Sequence record: MT176427.1
DNA: 49,567 bases
Origin: Escherichia phage CJ19
Strand: one strand, 5' to 3'
The notes beneath the pieces were generated by a model. The model was not told the origin of the DNA. It saw only the letters and a list, made by a program, of their open reading frames with translations, and did not search any database. Each line of letters begins with the position of its first letter. The first letter of the stretch is position 1. The position numbers and the translations under genes are program-made. This document shows, one piece after another, positions 37,359-44,540 of this stretch.

Positions 37359-37718
37359 AAGTAACTCTTCCCTACAGTTTCGCCAACTTCTCGTGATGCC
37401 TTTAATTTGTTCCAGTAGTCGAACGGGCCGACTGGCTCCCATGAGTTAGGCTTGCCTGGATCGTTCCACCAACCAAGAACTGCTTCGCTACCGTAACATG
37501 AGTTCATTGGCTTTCCGCTACTGAAATAGCTTTTGAATACTCGATCAAGCTCGTCACCACCAACCTTGATTGAACTATTATTAAATTCAGTGCCATCAAA
37601 GAACCCCCCCCACAACGATCGGATATGATCCGGGATCTCGTGGGTTTGTCTCTTTCTCGTGGAGCTTGGTATAATCAAGGTCTGCGTAAATTGATGGGTT
37701 AAGTAAACGTACTTTCAT
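37355..37718 (-). CDS. hypothetical protein interrupted by frameshift in C8 homopolymer
   Basis: ATG at 37718 with RBS and promoter cassette 37762-37807 opens a frame that stops at about 37596; the ORF-track frame (37355-37678) continues from the poly-C run at 37604-37611; both frames encode Gly-Gly across the run. Confidence 0.35.
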
Positions 37719-37761
37719 TTGTGAATCCTCTGTTATTGGTTGTATCTGCTTCAATAAGGCC

Positions 37762-37807
37762 ACTATATCAAATGGCCTTGCGGAAGGTTTAACGATTAGT
37801 GCTATTT
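37762..37807 (-). promoter_or_regulatory. early promoter cassette (ATAGCAC box + TGATATAGT)
   Basis: Box 37788-37807; hairpin AAGGCCA/TGGCCTT with -10 in loop. Confidence 0.5.
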
Positions 37808-37896
37808 AACCACCACCAGGATAATCATCACCAGGAACAGAAGCACCCAGGATAACCCGAAAAGAAGCAATTGCAGCACGTCAACTAATTTGAACT

Positions 37897-38115
37897 TCAT
37901 AGCACTTCAACCTCATCCTCTGCAAATGGCCAGTCGCCCGGTGCCATTCCTTTTTTGCTGAGCGCCGGAAGGAAGTCAGCGTCAACCATGTAAAATGGTT
38001 CAAGCCCTTCTTCCTGGTATTTCCAGGCCATCGCTACCACTGGCAGCTTGCTTTTATCCACTCCGCTATATGGTGACTTGATAATGCGGATCTTAACCAT
38101 TTCTTCATTGTTCAT
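37897..38115 (-). CDS. hypothetical acidic protein
   Basis: ORF-track frame 37897-38157; start uncertain (Met15 or Met20). Confidence 0.3.
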   Translation of the reverse strand: MNNEEMVKIRIIKSPYSGVDKSKLPVVAMAWKYQEEGLEPFYMVDADFLPALSKKGMAPGDWPFAEDEVEVL

Positions 38116-38329
38116 TGTGGCGCTCCATGTAGTCAGCCATTTTGATAAGGTGTTCACCCATTGCGCGGACTGTTGTCGACTCCCTCATGGGGAACGCTCC
38201 TGATTCGTGTTCAATCACCATCTCGACGGTTACAACTCCCAGCGTCTTTCTCGTGTAAATGCAGCAAGAATCACCATCTGAATCGTTAAATATCTTGCTT
38301 TCTTTCTTAATTTCATAATCGTTAATCAT
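38105..38329 (-). CDS. hypothetical protein (74 aa), possible distant member of the small-paralog family
   Basis: ATGA overlap with upstream paralog; C-terminal helix VRAMGEHLIKMADYME loosely resembles family helix. Confidence 0.35.
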   Translation of the reverse strand: MINDYEIKKESKIFNDSDGDSCCIYTRKTLGVVTVEMVIEHESGAFPMRESTTVRAMGEHLIKMADYMERHNEQ

Positions 38330-38553
38330 ACAATACCCTTATCAGCTCTGTGTGCAGCTTCAATCAGATACGCAGCTAACTGGCGAGCCTGGTCTGGCGT
38401 GTACAGCATGTAACTACTTGGGTATGATTCTTCGTGAGGGTTGAAGTCAAGGCGCACCTTGAAAGTCACCTTGTCATTGCTATGAATCTTCACAGCCTCA
38501 ATTTCGGCCTGCTCGTTGTAGTCGTCTGCGATGCGTACGGCGGTTGTGCTCAT
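38326..38553 (-). CDS. small paralog family member P1 (75 aa)
   Basis: C-terminal motif YTPDQARQLAAYLIEAA shared with 39113-39334 and 39331-39537; promoter cassette 38593-38638. Confidence 0.5.
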   Translation of the reverse strand: MSTTAVRIADDYNEQAEIEAVKIHSNDKVTFKVRLDFNPHEESYPSSYMLYTPDQARQLAAYLIEAAHRADKGIV

Positions 38554-38592
38554 AAATTACCCCTTAGTTGATTGTTTCACTTCAATGAGTGC

Positions 38593-38638
38593 ACTATAGC
38601 AAATGCACTCACGGCAGTTTTAACAAAAAGTGCTATCG
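38593..38638 (-). promoter_or_regulatory. early promoter cassette (ATAGCAC box + TGCTATAGT)
   Basis: Box 38618-38638; hairpin TGAGTGCA/TGCACTCA with -10 in loop; drives paralog P1. Confidence 0.5.
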
Positions 38639-38923
38639 TTCATCTTCTCTGGAGCATCCCTTGCCGCAACCATGGCGACCAACTTCCACGATCCCGACAC
38701 CGCTTAAGCCGATGTATTCCTGACCAGTGTCCTTATCGGTGATGACGTATATCGCTCTGACGTTCTCATATGCCAGTTCATCCCTGAACTCCTGAATCTT
38801 CACAACCTGGACGCGATCGTTGACATTCACTTGCATCTTCTGCCGAGCCTCTGAATCTACACGGGTGCTTCCGAAATCACATCCAGCCAGTGCTAGGGCT
38901 GCAATTAAGATTAACTTTTTCAT
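38633..38923 (-). CDS. small lipoprotein (96 aa)
   Basis: Signal peptide with lipobox (LALAGC); C-terminal Cys pair. Confidence 0.55.
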   Translation of the reverse strand: MKKLILIAALALAGCDFGSTRVDSEARQKMQVNVNDRVQVVKIQEFRDELAYENVRAIYVITDKDTGQEYIGLSGVGIVEVGRHGCGKGCSREDER

Positions 38924-39120
38924 TCTACCACCTTCAATACTTTCTCTTTGCGATGCGGTGCGCCGGACTTATGCAGCCAGTAGCGAGCCTGGGATAACTG
39001 GCTGGTGTGCCCAACCGTAACCAACCAGAACAGGGCTACCCTTTTCTGGATTGCATACCACTTGACCGGATGACAGAAGGCCGTAGTCGTGTCAATCAAT
39101 GCGATCCTGAATTTACTCAT
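38920..39120 (-). CDS. hypothetical protein
   Basis: ORF-track frame 38920-39177; start moved to Met20 (MSKFRIA) just after upstream stop. Confidence 0.3.
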   Translation of the reverse strand: MSKFRIALIDTTTAFCHPVKWYAIQKRVALFWLVTVGHTSQLSQARYWLHKSGAPHRKEKVLKVVE

Positions 39121-39334
39121 CACCTTCTTCTTCCTCCACTTCCTCAGCCGCTTTGATGAGTGCCGCCGCCAGTTCACGAGCCTGCTCTGCTGTGTAGGTC
39201 ATGCCAGCGCCGTCTGCCTGCGAATCTGGCGCGAGGTCCAGGTGCACGCGCTTGCGCATCTTGCCAAATGGAACCTTGATTACTGAGATTTCCGTTTCCT
39301 GATTCCATGATGAATTGACTCGAATATCTCTCAT
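39113..39334 (-). CDS. small paralog family member P2 (73 aa)
   Basis: C-terminal motif YTAEQARELAAALIKAAEE plus poly-acidic tail; ATGA overlap with P3. Confidence 0.5.
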   Translation of the reverse strand: MRDIRVNSSWNQETEISVIKVPFGKMRKRVHLDLAPDSQADGAGMTYTAEQARELAAALIKAAEEVEEEEGDE

Positions 39335-39537
39335 TGCTTTTCAGCCTCTTCTGCTGCCAGGATAAGCGCCGCCGCCAGCTTGCGTGCTTGCTCTGGTGTG
39401 TAGTGCATCATGGTAACGCCCTGATCGTCAGTATCGAAGTCAATGGAGACTACGGCCTTGACTACTCCAGTCCGATTGAGCAGAACGCTAACCTCGGCAT
39501 CATCACCAACCACATCCTCAATGCGTAAAATTTCCAT
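39331..39537 (-). CDS. small paralog family member P3 (68 aa)
   Basis: C-terminal motif YTPEQARKLAAALILAAEEAE. Confidence 0.5.
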   Translation of the reverse strand: MEILRIEDVVGDDAEVSVLLNRTGVVKAVVSIDFDTDDQGVTMMHYTPEQARKLAAALILAAEEAEKQ

Positions 39538-39539
39538 AA

Positions 39540-39754
39540 TTATTTCCCCTCCGCTTCGTCTGCTGCAAGGATTAATGCCGCCGCTAACTTGCGGGCCGCG
39601 TCAGGTGAGTATTGCATCAGCGTTTGACAGTCGGAGTAACCGTCAGGATCGAATTCAAGGTTGACAACATGCCCGCGAACGGTTCCCATCGTGACGCTGA
39701 CCCCTCTGCTTGTTCAAAGTGAACATCGTCAATGCGTACAGTTTACATAATCAT
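39540..39754 (-). pseudogene. decayed fourth copy of the small paralog family (P4)
   Basis: Manual translation: ATG ATT ATG TAA (stop at codon 4), then TVRIDDVHFEQAEG in one frame and VSVTMGTVRGHVVNLEFDPDGYSDCQTLMQYSPDAARKLAAALILAADEAEGK in another; intact promoter cassette 39779-39824 and RBS. Confidence 0.45.
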
Positions 39755-39778
39755 TTCCTCTTCGTTGTTGATAGGGTA

Positions 39779-39824
39779 ATCATAGCTGACTACCCGATTT
39801 GTTGTTTAGCAATTCGTGCTATTC
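39779..39824 (-). promoter_or_regulatory. early promoter cassette (ATAGCAC box + TATGAT)
   Basis: Box 39805-39824; 22-bp spacer; drives decayed P4 and P3-P2 operon. Confidence 0.45.
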
Positions 39825-40373
39825 ACCGTTCAGGAGAGTTTTCGCTTTCCGGTAGAACTGGATGGCCTTCTCCACCTCATCGGCATCATAGCCATGGATG
39901 GTTGGCGGCTTAATCGGCTCAACGTAGTGAGAGCGTGGCGCATCAGATCGGTACTGACTGCACCAGCTGTACACGTCTCGCTCATGCATTCCCGCCAGGG
40001 CTGGATGCACAAATATCTTGTCGCCAATCCGGCAGATGATTCCGGCGTCCTGGAGTGACGGCAGGATGTTATTGCTCAGGTCATTGTATATGCCATCACG
40101 TCCGACGAATGGTATGACCTCTCTGATTTGTCTGTATAGCTGGCTCACACAAACCATTCCGGTATTGCCGCATAAGCGCTTAATCTTATGCACCACGACG
40201 CCGTATTTGTAACTCAGCTTGACGCACGACATCTCTTCGGAGCTTGACCAATATTTGAAGGTGTCGCGATAGCCATTTGCACTGATCGCAACCTTAAGCG
40301 GTGACATGCCGCTTTCACTGGCTTCATTGAATATCTGCTCGCCTGTCATTCTTTCGCTCCCGAAGTAACTCAT
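39819..40373 (-). CDS. hypothetical protein sharing N- and C-terminal modules with the 527-aa ATPase
   Basis: SPLKVAISANGYR and ICRIGDKIFVHPALAG match PPLRVAINANGYR and TCLIGDKIYINPRLLG of 44541-46124. Confidence 0.5.
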   Translation of the reverse strand: MSYFGSERMTGEQIFNEASESGMSPLKVAISANGYRDTFKYWSSSEEMSCVKLSYKYGVVVHKIKRLCGNTGMVCVSQLYRQIREVIPFVGRDGIYNDLSNNILPSLQDAGIICRIGDKIFVHPALAGMHERDVYSWCSQYRSDAPRSHYVEPIKPPTIHGYDADEVEKAIQFYRKAKTLLNGE

Positions 40374-40894
40374 TATTTGGTTTCCTTAATCATTTCATGG
40401 TAGCGAGCCAGGGCAATGAGCGCACCTTCTTTCTGCTCACCTTGCAGGTCGATAACGTTCGGTGTGATCTTGAGCAGCCGAGACTTGAACCTTTCAACGA
40501 TTACCGCCTCCTTTTCCTCGTCACCCTTGCGTCGTGTTCCGGCCTGGATAGCACCATCAACCAGGGTGATGTAAGCACATCGAACATCGACATCATCCCC
40601 GAAGTCGCCATCCTTGATTGACAGCTTGGCCCGAACGTTCGCCGCCTGAATCTCTGGCATCCTGGCAACCGTGTTAGAGACGTACGAGGCTTTCAGCTTT
40701 GCAACGCTGTACTTACCGCCAGCCTCAAGGTCGTCGGCATTGATTCTGCCCATATCATCAGCCGTGAGTCCGTACATCTGGCGAGCTATCAGGTGGATTG
40801 GAACGTGGTAACTTCGGTTCTCGGACTTGAGCGCTTGCTCCGCCATGTAGCGGACGACATCTCCCAGGCTTACGGATTGATTATGATTTGACAT
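40373..40894 (-). CDS. hypothetical protein (173 aa)
   Basis: First leftward gene after the 40895-41612 control region. Confidence 0.4.
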   Translation of the reverse strand: MSNHNQSVSLGDVVRYMAEQALKSENRSYHVPIHLIARQMYGLTADDMGRINADDLEAGGKYSVAKLKASYVSNTVARMPEIQAANVRAKLSIKDGDFGDDVDVRCAYITLVDGAIQAGTRRKGDEEKEAVIVERFKSRLLKITPNVIDLQGEQKEGALIALARYHEMIKETK

Positions 40895-41031
40895 AGATAT
40901 TACTCCTGATTGGTGGTCTTCGTTAAGATGGGTGCAATATTACCAGCATGGTTACATGTTATCAAGTGTTATTGATGCAAATATTCGACTTAGTTACGTT
41001 TTACGACCTCTTGAGCCAGATATAGCTCAAT

Positions 41032-41280
41032 GTAACCACTATGTACAGCTTGTACATCAAATTTCGCGGAGGATTGCCCCATATATGCCTTTTTATTCCT
41101 ACAATGTCATCCCATTCTTACAAGTGTCAGAATATATCATAGAAAGCTATCGCAATATCCAATACCTCTTATCTACATTATCTACATATATATATAATAA
41201 TAATAATAATATAGATAAAAGGTTGTTATATAAGGATATTTTATTGTAACCATAGCGTAACTAGGCGTTATAGGCGTACC
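41032..41280. repeat. AT-rich control-region element, copy B
   Basis: Contains ATAGCTCAATGTAA (41032-41045), (AT)5(AAT)5 at 41186-41210, TAAAAGGTTGTTATA...GATATTTTATTGTAAC and GCGTAA/GGCGTT/GGCGTA repeats. Confidence 0.7.
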
Positions 41281-41527
41281 TGATTCCACGCCGGATGGAT
41301 TTGTCTACAGAGTATAACATGCATAACGCGTATGCGGTGGAAACGTGTGGCGGAAAAATCCTACCAGGCGATCATGGGATCAGATCTCACCCCATCATTC
41401 CCCCCACCAATGAATCATCGCTCAATTCGCAACAATCAAAAACATCATTGCATCGGAAGCAATATTGCTGTATGTGCAATAGTCATGATAATCATTGCAA
41501 TATCTGCAACAATCCATAAATCCAACG

Positions 41528-41574
41528 AATAGCACTTTTTGCTAATGACCGATCAGGTGTGATTCGCTATTATT
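41528..41574 (+). promoter_or_regulatory. promoter cassette (ATAGCAC box + TATTAT)
   Basis: Box 41528-41546; -10 at 41569-41574; leader CCATCGAAACGAG. Confidence 0.5.
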
Positions 41575-41612
41575 ACTCCATCGAAACGAGTGAAGAGAAC
41601 TGGAGAAAATAA

Positions 41613-41816
41613 ATGAGCACTGTAAAAATGTATTGCTACATCGTGATGTCTGAGCCGTGTGATCCGAATTACGATACGACAGTTCACTGCGTATGCCTCA
41701 GTGAACAGATGGCTAAGCAGGTTTGCGAGAAGATGAACATGCGCGATGGTTTCAACAACTATGAATACTACGAAGCGGAGTTGCAGAAATGGAGTTACGC
41801 CAAGAATGTGCACTGA
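41613..41816 (+). CDS. hypothetical Cys-containing small protein (67 aa)
   Basis: Promoter cassette 41528-41574 and leader CCATCGAAACGAG upstream. Confidence 0.4.
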   Translation: MSTVKMYCYIVMSEPCDPNYDTTVHCVCLSEQMAKQVCEKMNMRDGFNNYEYYEAELQKWSYAKNVH

Positions 41817-42015
41817 TTGGCAGCGGTAACGAGTATCTAATCCGTTGCGACAACTAAAGTCCTGAAGTGTTCCGCCTGGTGGGTGAGATGCCAGTACAGG
41901 CAACCGCTATGAATGCTAAGACTATTGAGTGGGCGCTACTTTACGGTGGTGTGGCACGGGTAATCGGCCAGGCCAAAATCACTGTTGATATTTCACTAAT
42001 TTAAGGAATTGACAA

Positions 42016-42447
42016 ATGAGCATTGTTCACGGTGTTATCTATAAGGGAAAAACTGACGGAAAGGTAAGGTTTGTTACGCCATCCGGCAGGGTTTATATGT
42101 GGGCCTACGGAGCCTGGCGCTTCCAGCACCAATTCAATGAGTCGATCTACAATAGCTTGCGATCCTGTATCGGGAATGGCGTTAGCAATATATACCTGGC
42201 ATCAAGTCGCAAGGTGTTCATGGAAAAGCGTGTAGCGCTCGATCCGATTGACTACTTTGCCGTTGAGTTCATGGGGCATCGGTTTAGTAAAAGACGATTG
42301 TTCCGCAAAGGTGAGATTGCAATGGAACAACAAAATGCGGCTGCTGCTTTCGGCAAAGCGGCACGTCAACGCCTGACTGGTTATCATCCATGCTTTCCGC
42401 CAACGCCGTTTTATGCTCACTGTAAACGACCACCAAAAAATCGTTAA
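42016..42447 (+). CDS. hypothetical protein (143 aa)
   Basis: ORF with RBS; no motif recognised. Confidence 0.4.
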   Translation: MSIVHGVIYKGKTDGKVRFVTPSGRVYMWAYGAWRFQHQFNESIYNSLRSCIGNGVSNIYLASSRKVFMEKRVALDPIDYFAVEFMGHRFSKRRLFRKGEIAMEQQNAAAAFGKAARQRLTGYHPCFPPTPFYAHCKRPPKNR

Positions 42448-42491
42448 ATAGCACGAATTGCTAAACTAAGCCTCACGGATTGAGGCATAAT
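42447..42491 (+). promoter_or_regulatory. promoter cassette (ATAGCAC box + CATAAT)
   Basis: Box 42447-42465; hairpin GCCTCA/TGAGGC; leader TCATCGAAACGAAG. Confidence 0.5.
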
Positions 42492-42529
42492 CATTTCATC
42501 GAAACGAAGTACACAAAGAGGAAGTAAAA

Positions 42530-42754
42530 ATGTCAGTTAAAGCTCAGAACGTAGTAGCACACATCGAAGCAAAAGGCCGTGCGATCGTCAAGCTGGACCG
42601 CGCCGCAGGCGTAAGCCAAATCACCATCACGCGCCGTGAGTTCGACCGCTACGTTGTTGGCACACATCCAGGCTCAATCATCCGTAGCCTTACCCGTACT
42701 GAGATGATCAACCTGTTAAATGATAACTCACTTTACATCAATTCCTGGAGCTAA
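42530..42754 (+). CDS. hypothetical protein (74 aa)
   Basis: Promoter cassette 42447-42491 and leader TCATCGAAACGAAG upstream. Confidence 0.4.
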   Translation: MSVKAQNVVAHIEAKGRAIVKLDRAAGVSQITITRREFDRYVVGTHPGSIIRSLTRTEMINLLNDNSLYINSWS

Positions 42755-42756
42755 CA

Positions 42757-42972
42757 GTGCATCAAGATAATTTCTGGAGCCGCCACCGCGCGGCACTTGA
42801 AGCCGGACTCAATGAAGAGTGGGCGCTCAAGGTTGCTTACGGATGCATCGAACTCGATGACGTATTGGGCGTTATGGATATGGATCTGGAAAGCGAAAGC
42901 AACCAGTCAGTAGACGGAATCGGGGATGACTTCGACTACCGCTTAAAATTTGATGACGGAATCCCGTTCTAA
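42757..42972 (+). CDS. small acidic protein ending in SSB-like tail DDGIPF
   Basis: 71-aa ORF, acidic C-terminal third, last residues KFDDGIPF versus phage SSB QFDDDIPF; too short for an OB fold. Confidence 0.45.
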   Translation: MHQDNFWSRHRAALEAGLNEEWALKVAYGCIELDDVLGVMDMDLESESNQSVDGIGDDFDYRLKFDDGIPF

Positions 42973-42981
42973 GGTGAGATC

Positions 42982-43221
42982 ATGAAGGTAAAGTGCACTA
43001 ACGTAATCGCCAGCACAGACAAGAAGGTTTTGACACCATTCGTAAAAGGCTCTGTATACGACGCTGAGCCGCTAATCATTAACGGTAAGACAATCCCGAA
43101 CGAATGGGTTATTAATGGCGCTGAGCGACCGCACAAGCACGATTCTGGCTGGATTGCTATCGCAGGCTGGAAGGTCGGAATGTTTATCCTTGGTATCGCA
43201 ACGTTTGATGAGGTGAAATAA
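42982..43221 (+). CDS. hypothetical protein (79 aa)
   Basis: ORF with RBS AGGTGAGATC; hydrophobic C-terminal segment. Confidence 0.35.
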   Translation: MKVKCTNVIASTDKKVLTPFVKGSVYDAEPLIINGKTIPNEWVINGAERPHKHDSGWIAIAGWKVGMFILGIATFDEVK

Positions 43222-43379
43222 TGCTCAAGCCATCCGATTTGAACTACTACGACAACGACACGATCGCGAAGCTCTCAGGTCAAGGATGGTATCCATGGAG
43301 CACCATCGCTCAGGTTGAAGACTTGCAAAGCAGTTACGAAATCACACAGAAAGCAATTGAGAAGGCTAAGAAGAAATGA
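43221..43379 (+). CDS. small hypothetical protein (52 aa)
   Basis: Manually translated ORF (MLKPSDLNYYDNDTIAKLSGQGWYPW...) with TAATG and ATGA overlaps to neighbours; below ORF-track cutoff. Confidence 0.3.
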   Translation: MLKPSDLNYYDNDTIAKLSGQGWYPWSTIAQVEDLQSSYEITQKAIEKAKKK

Positions 43380-44044
43380 AAAAGGTAATTTACTGCTTGT
43401 TCGACGGTTCTGGTATCGCTGGCCTCCCATGGGCGGAAGATGGTCACACCGTCTACTGCTTCAATGCGGACTCCGGCAATCATGGCGAATACCATATCAA
43501 GATGAAGCATGAGAACATCCACTACGTCAACATGTGGATTGACAAGGATTTCATCACTAAGTGTGAATTGCTCGGCCTGCCTCCGGCGCAAATGGTTATC
43601 GGCTTTCCTGATTGCACGCTGTTCTCTCAGTCTGGATCACAGCATGAGCGCGGGGAAGATGAGCTGGCATACGCCCTGGCTAACGCGAAGCTCGTCGAAG
43701 AAGTCGGCAATCACTTCCAGGCACCATGGATGGTTGAGAATCCGGTAGGCAAGCTGTCAAGCCTGTGGCGTAAGCCTGACTTCTATTTCAATCCTTGCGA
43801 TTATGGCGGTTACGTTGATCACGATGATGTTTATCACCCAAGAATGCCCCCTCGTAATGCTTACAATAAAAAGACTTGCATTTGGTGTGGCAATGGATTT
43901 GTTGAACCTATTAAAAAGCCAGTTGAGAGCATTGGATTCTTCTGGGCCTGGAAATACTGCGGCGGAAAGTCTGCAAAGACAAAGGTACTCCGCTCATTAA
44001 CACCGGAAGGCTTTGCTCGCGCACTATATGAAAGCAACAAATAG
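43376..44044 (+). CDS. DNA methyltransferase-like protein (C5-cytosine-type motif order)
   Basis: Motif I-like FDGSG, motif IV-like GFPDC with Cys, motif VI-like ENPVG in the right order and spacing; short (222 aa). Confidence 0.4.
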   Translation: MKKVIYCLFDGSGIAGLPWAEDGHTVYCFNADSGNHGEYHIKMKHENIHYVNMWIDKDFITKCELLGLPPAQMVIGFPDCTLFSQSGSQHERGEDELAYALANAKLVEEVGNHFQAPWMVENPVGKLSSLWRKPDFYFNPCDYGGYVDHDDVYHPRMPPRNAYNKKTCIWCGNGFVEPIKKPVESIGFFWAWKYCGGKSAKTKVLRSLTPEGFARALYESNK

Positions 44045-44084
44045 CACTAATTGCTAAAGCCCTTCGGGGCTTTTCCTGTATATT
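44040..44084 (+). promoter_or_regulatory. promoter cassette (ATAGCAC box + TGTATATT)
   Basis: Box 44040-44058; hairpin AGCCC/GGGCT; leader TCATCGAAACGAAACAC. Confidence 0.5.
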
Positions 44085-44120
44085 CATCTCATCGAAACGA
44101 AACACGCAAAGGAAATCAAA

Positions 44121-44471
44121 ATGACAGCAACAACTAAAAACTTCATTAGCAACGAAAACGTATTATACAAAGCTCGTGTTAAAGACGGTGTAGAGCAAAT
44201 CAAGAAAGATGGTAAATGGGTTAACCTGGAAGAACGCGGTAAGTACATCAAGACAAAAACTCTTTACTGCACGAAGGTTAATCACAGGTCAGCAGTTAAA
44301 AAAGACTTCAAAGAAGGTAAGCGCTATCAGGTAAATATTCATGCTGGCCTTGGCCAATCTGCCGGTTACATTTACGATGAGGATGGTAATGCTTGGCAGC
44401 TTTACCGAAACGAAGAGGTTGGCTTCATGAGCCTCTGCGGTACGTACAAGTGGCAGGCGGCGTACAAATAA
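44121..44471 (+). CDS. hypothetical Lys-rich protein (116 aa)
   Basis: Promoter cassette 44040-44084 and leader TCATCGAAACGAAACACGCAAAGGAAA upstream. Confidence 0.4.
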   Translation: MTATTKNFISNENVLYKARVKDGVEQIKKDGKWVNLEERGKYIKTKTLYCTKVNHRSAVKKDFKEGKRYQVNIHAGLGQSAGYIYDEDGNAWQLYRNEEVGFMSLCGTYKWQAAYK

Positions 44472-44540
44472 GTAGCATTTTCTGGCAAGCGGATTTACCA
44501 TAGGTGCGTTAACATTAGCGCACCACTAAGGAGTTTTTTA

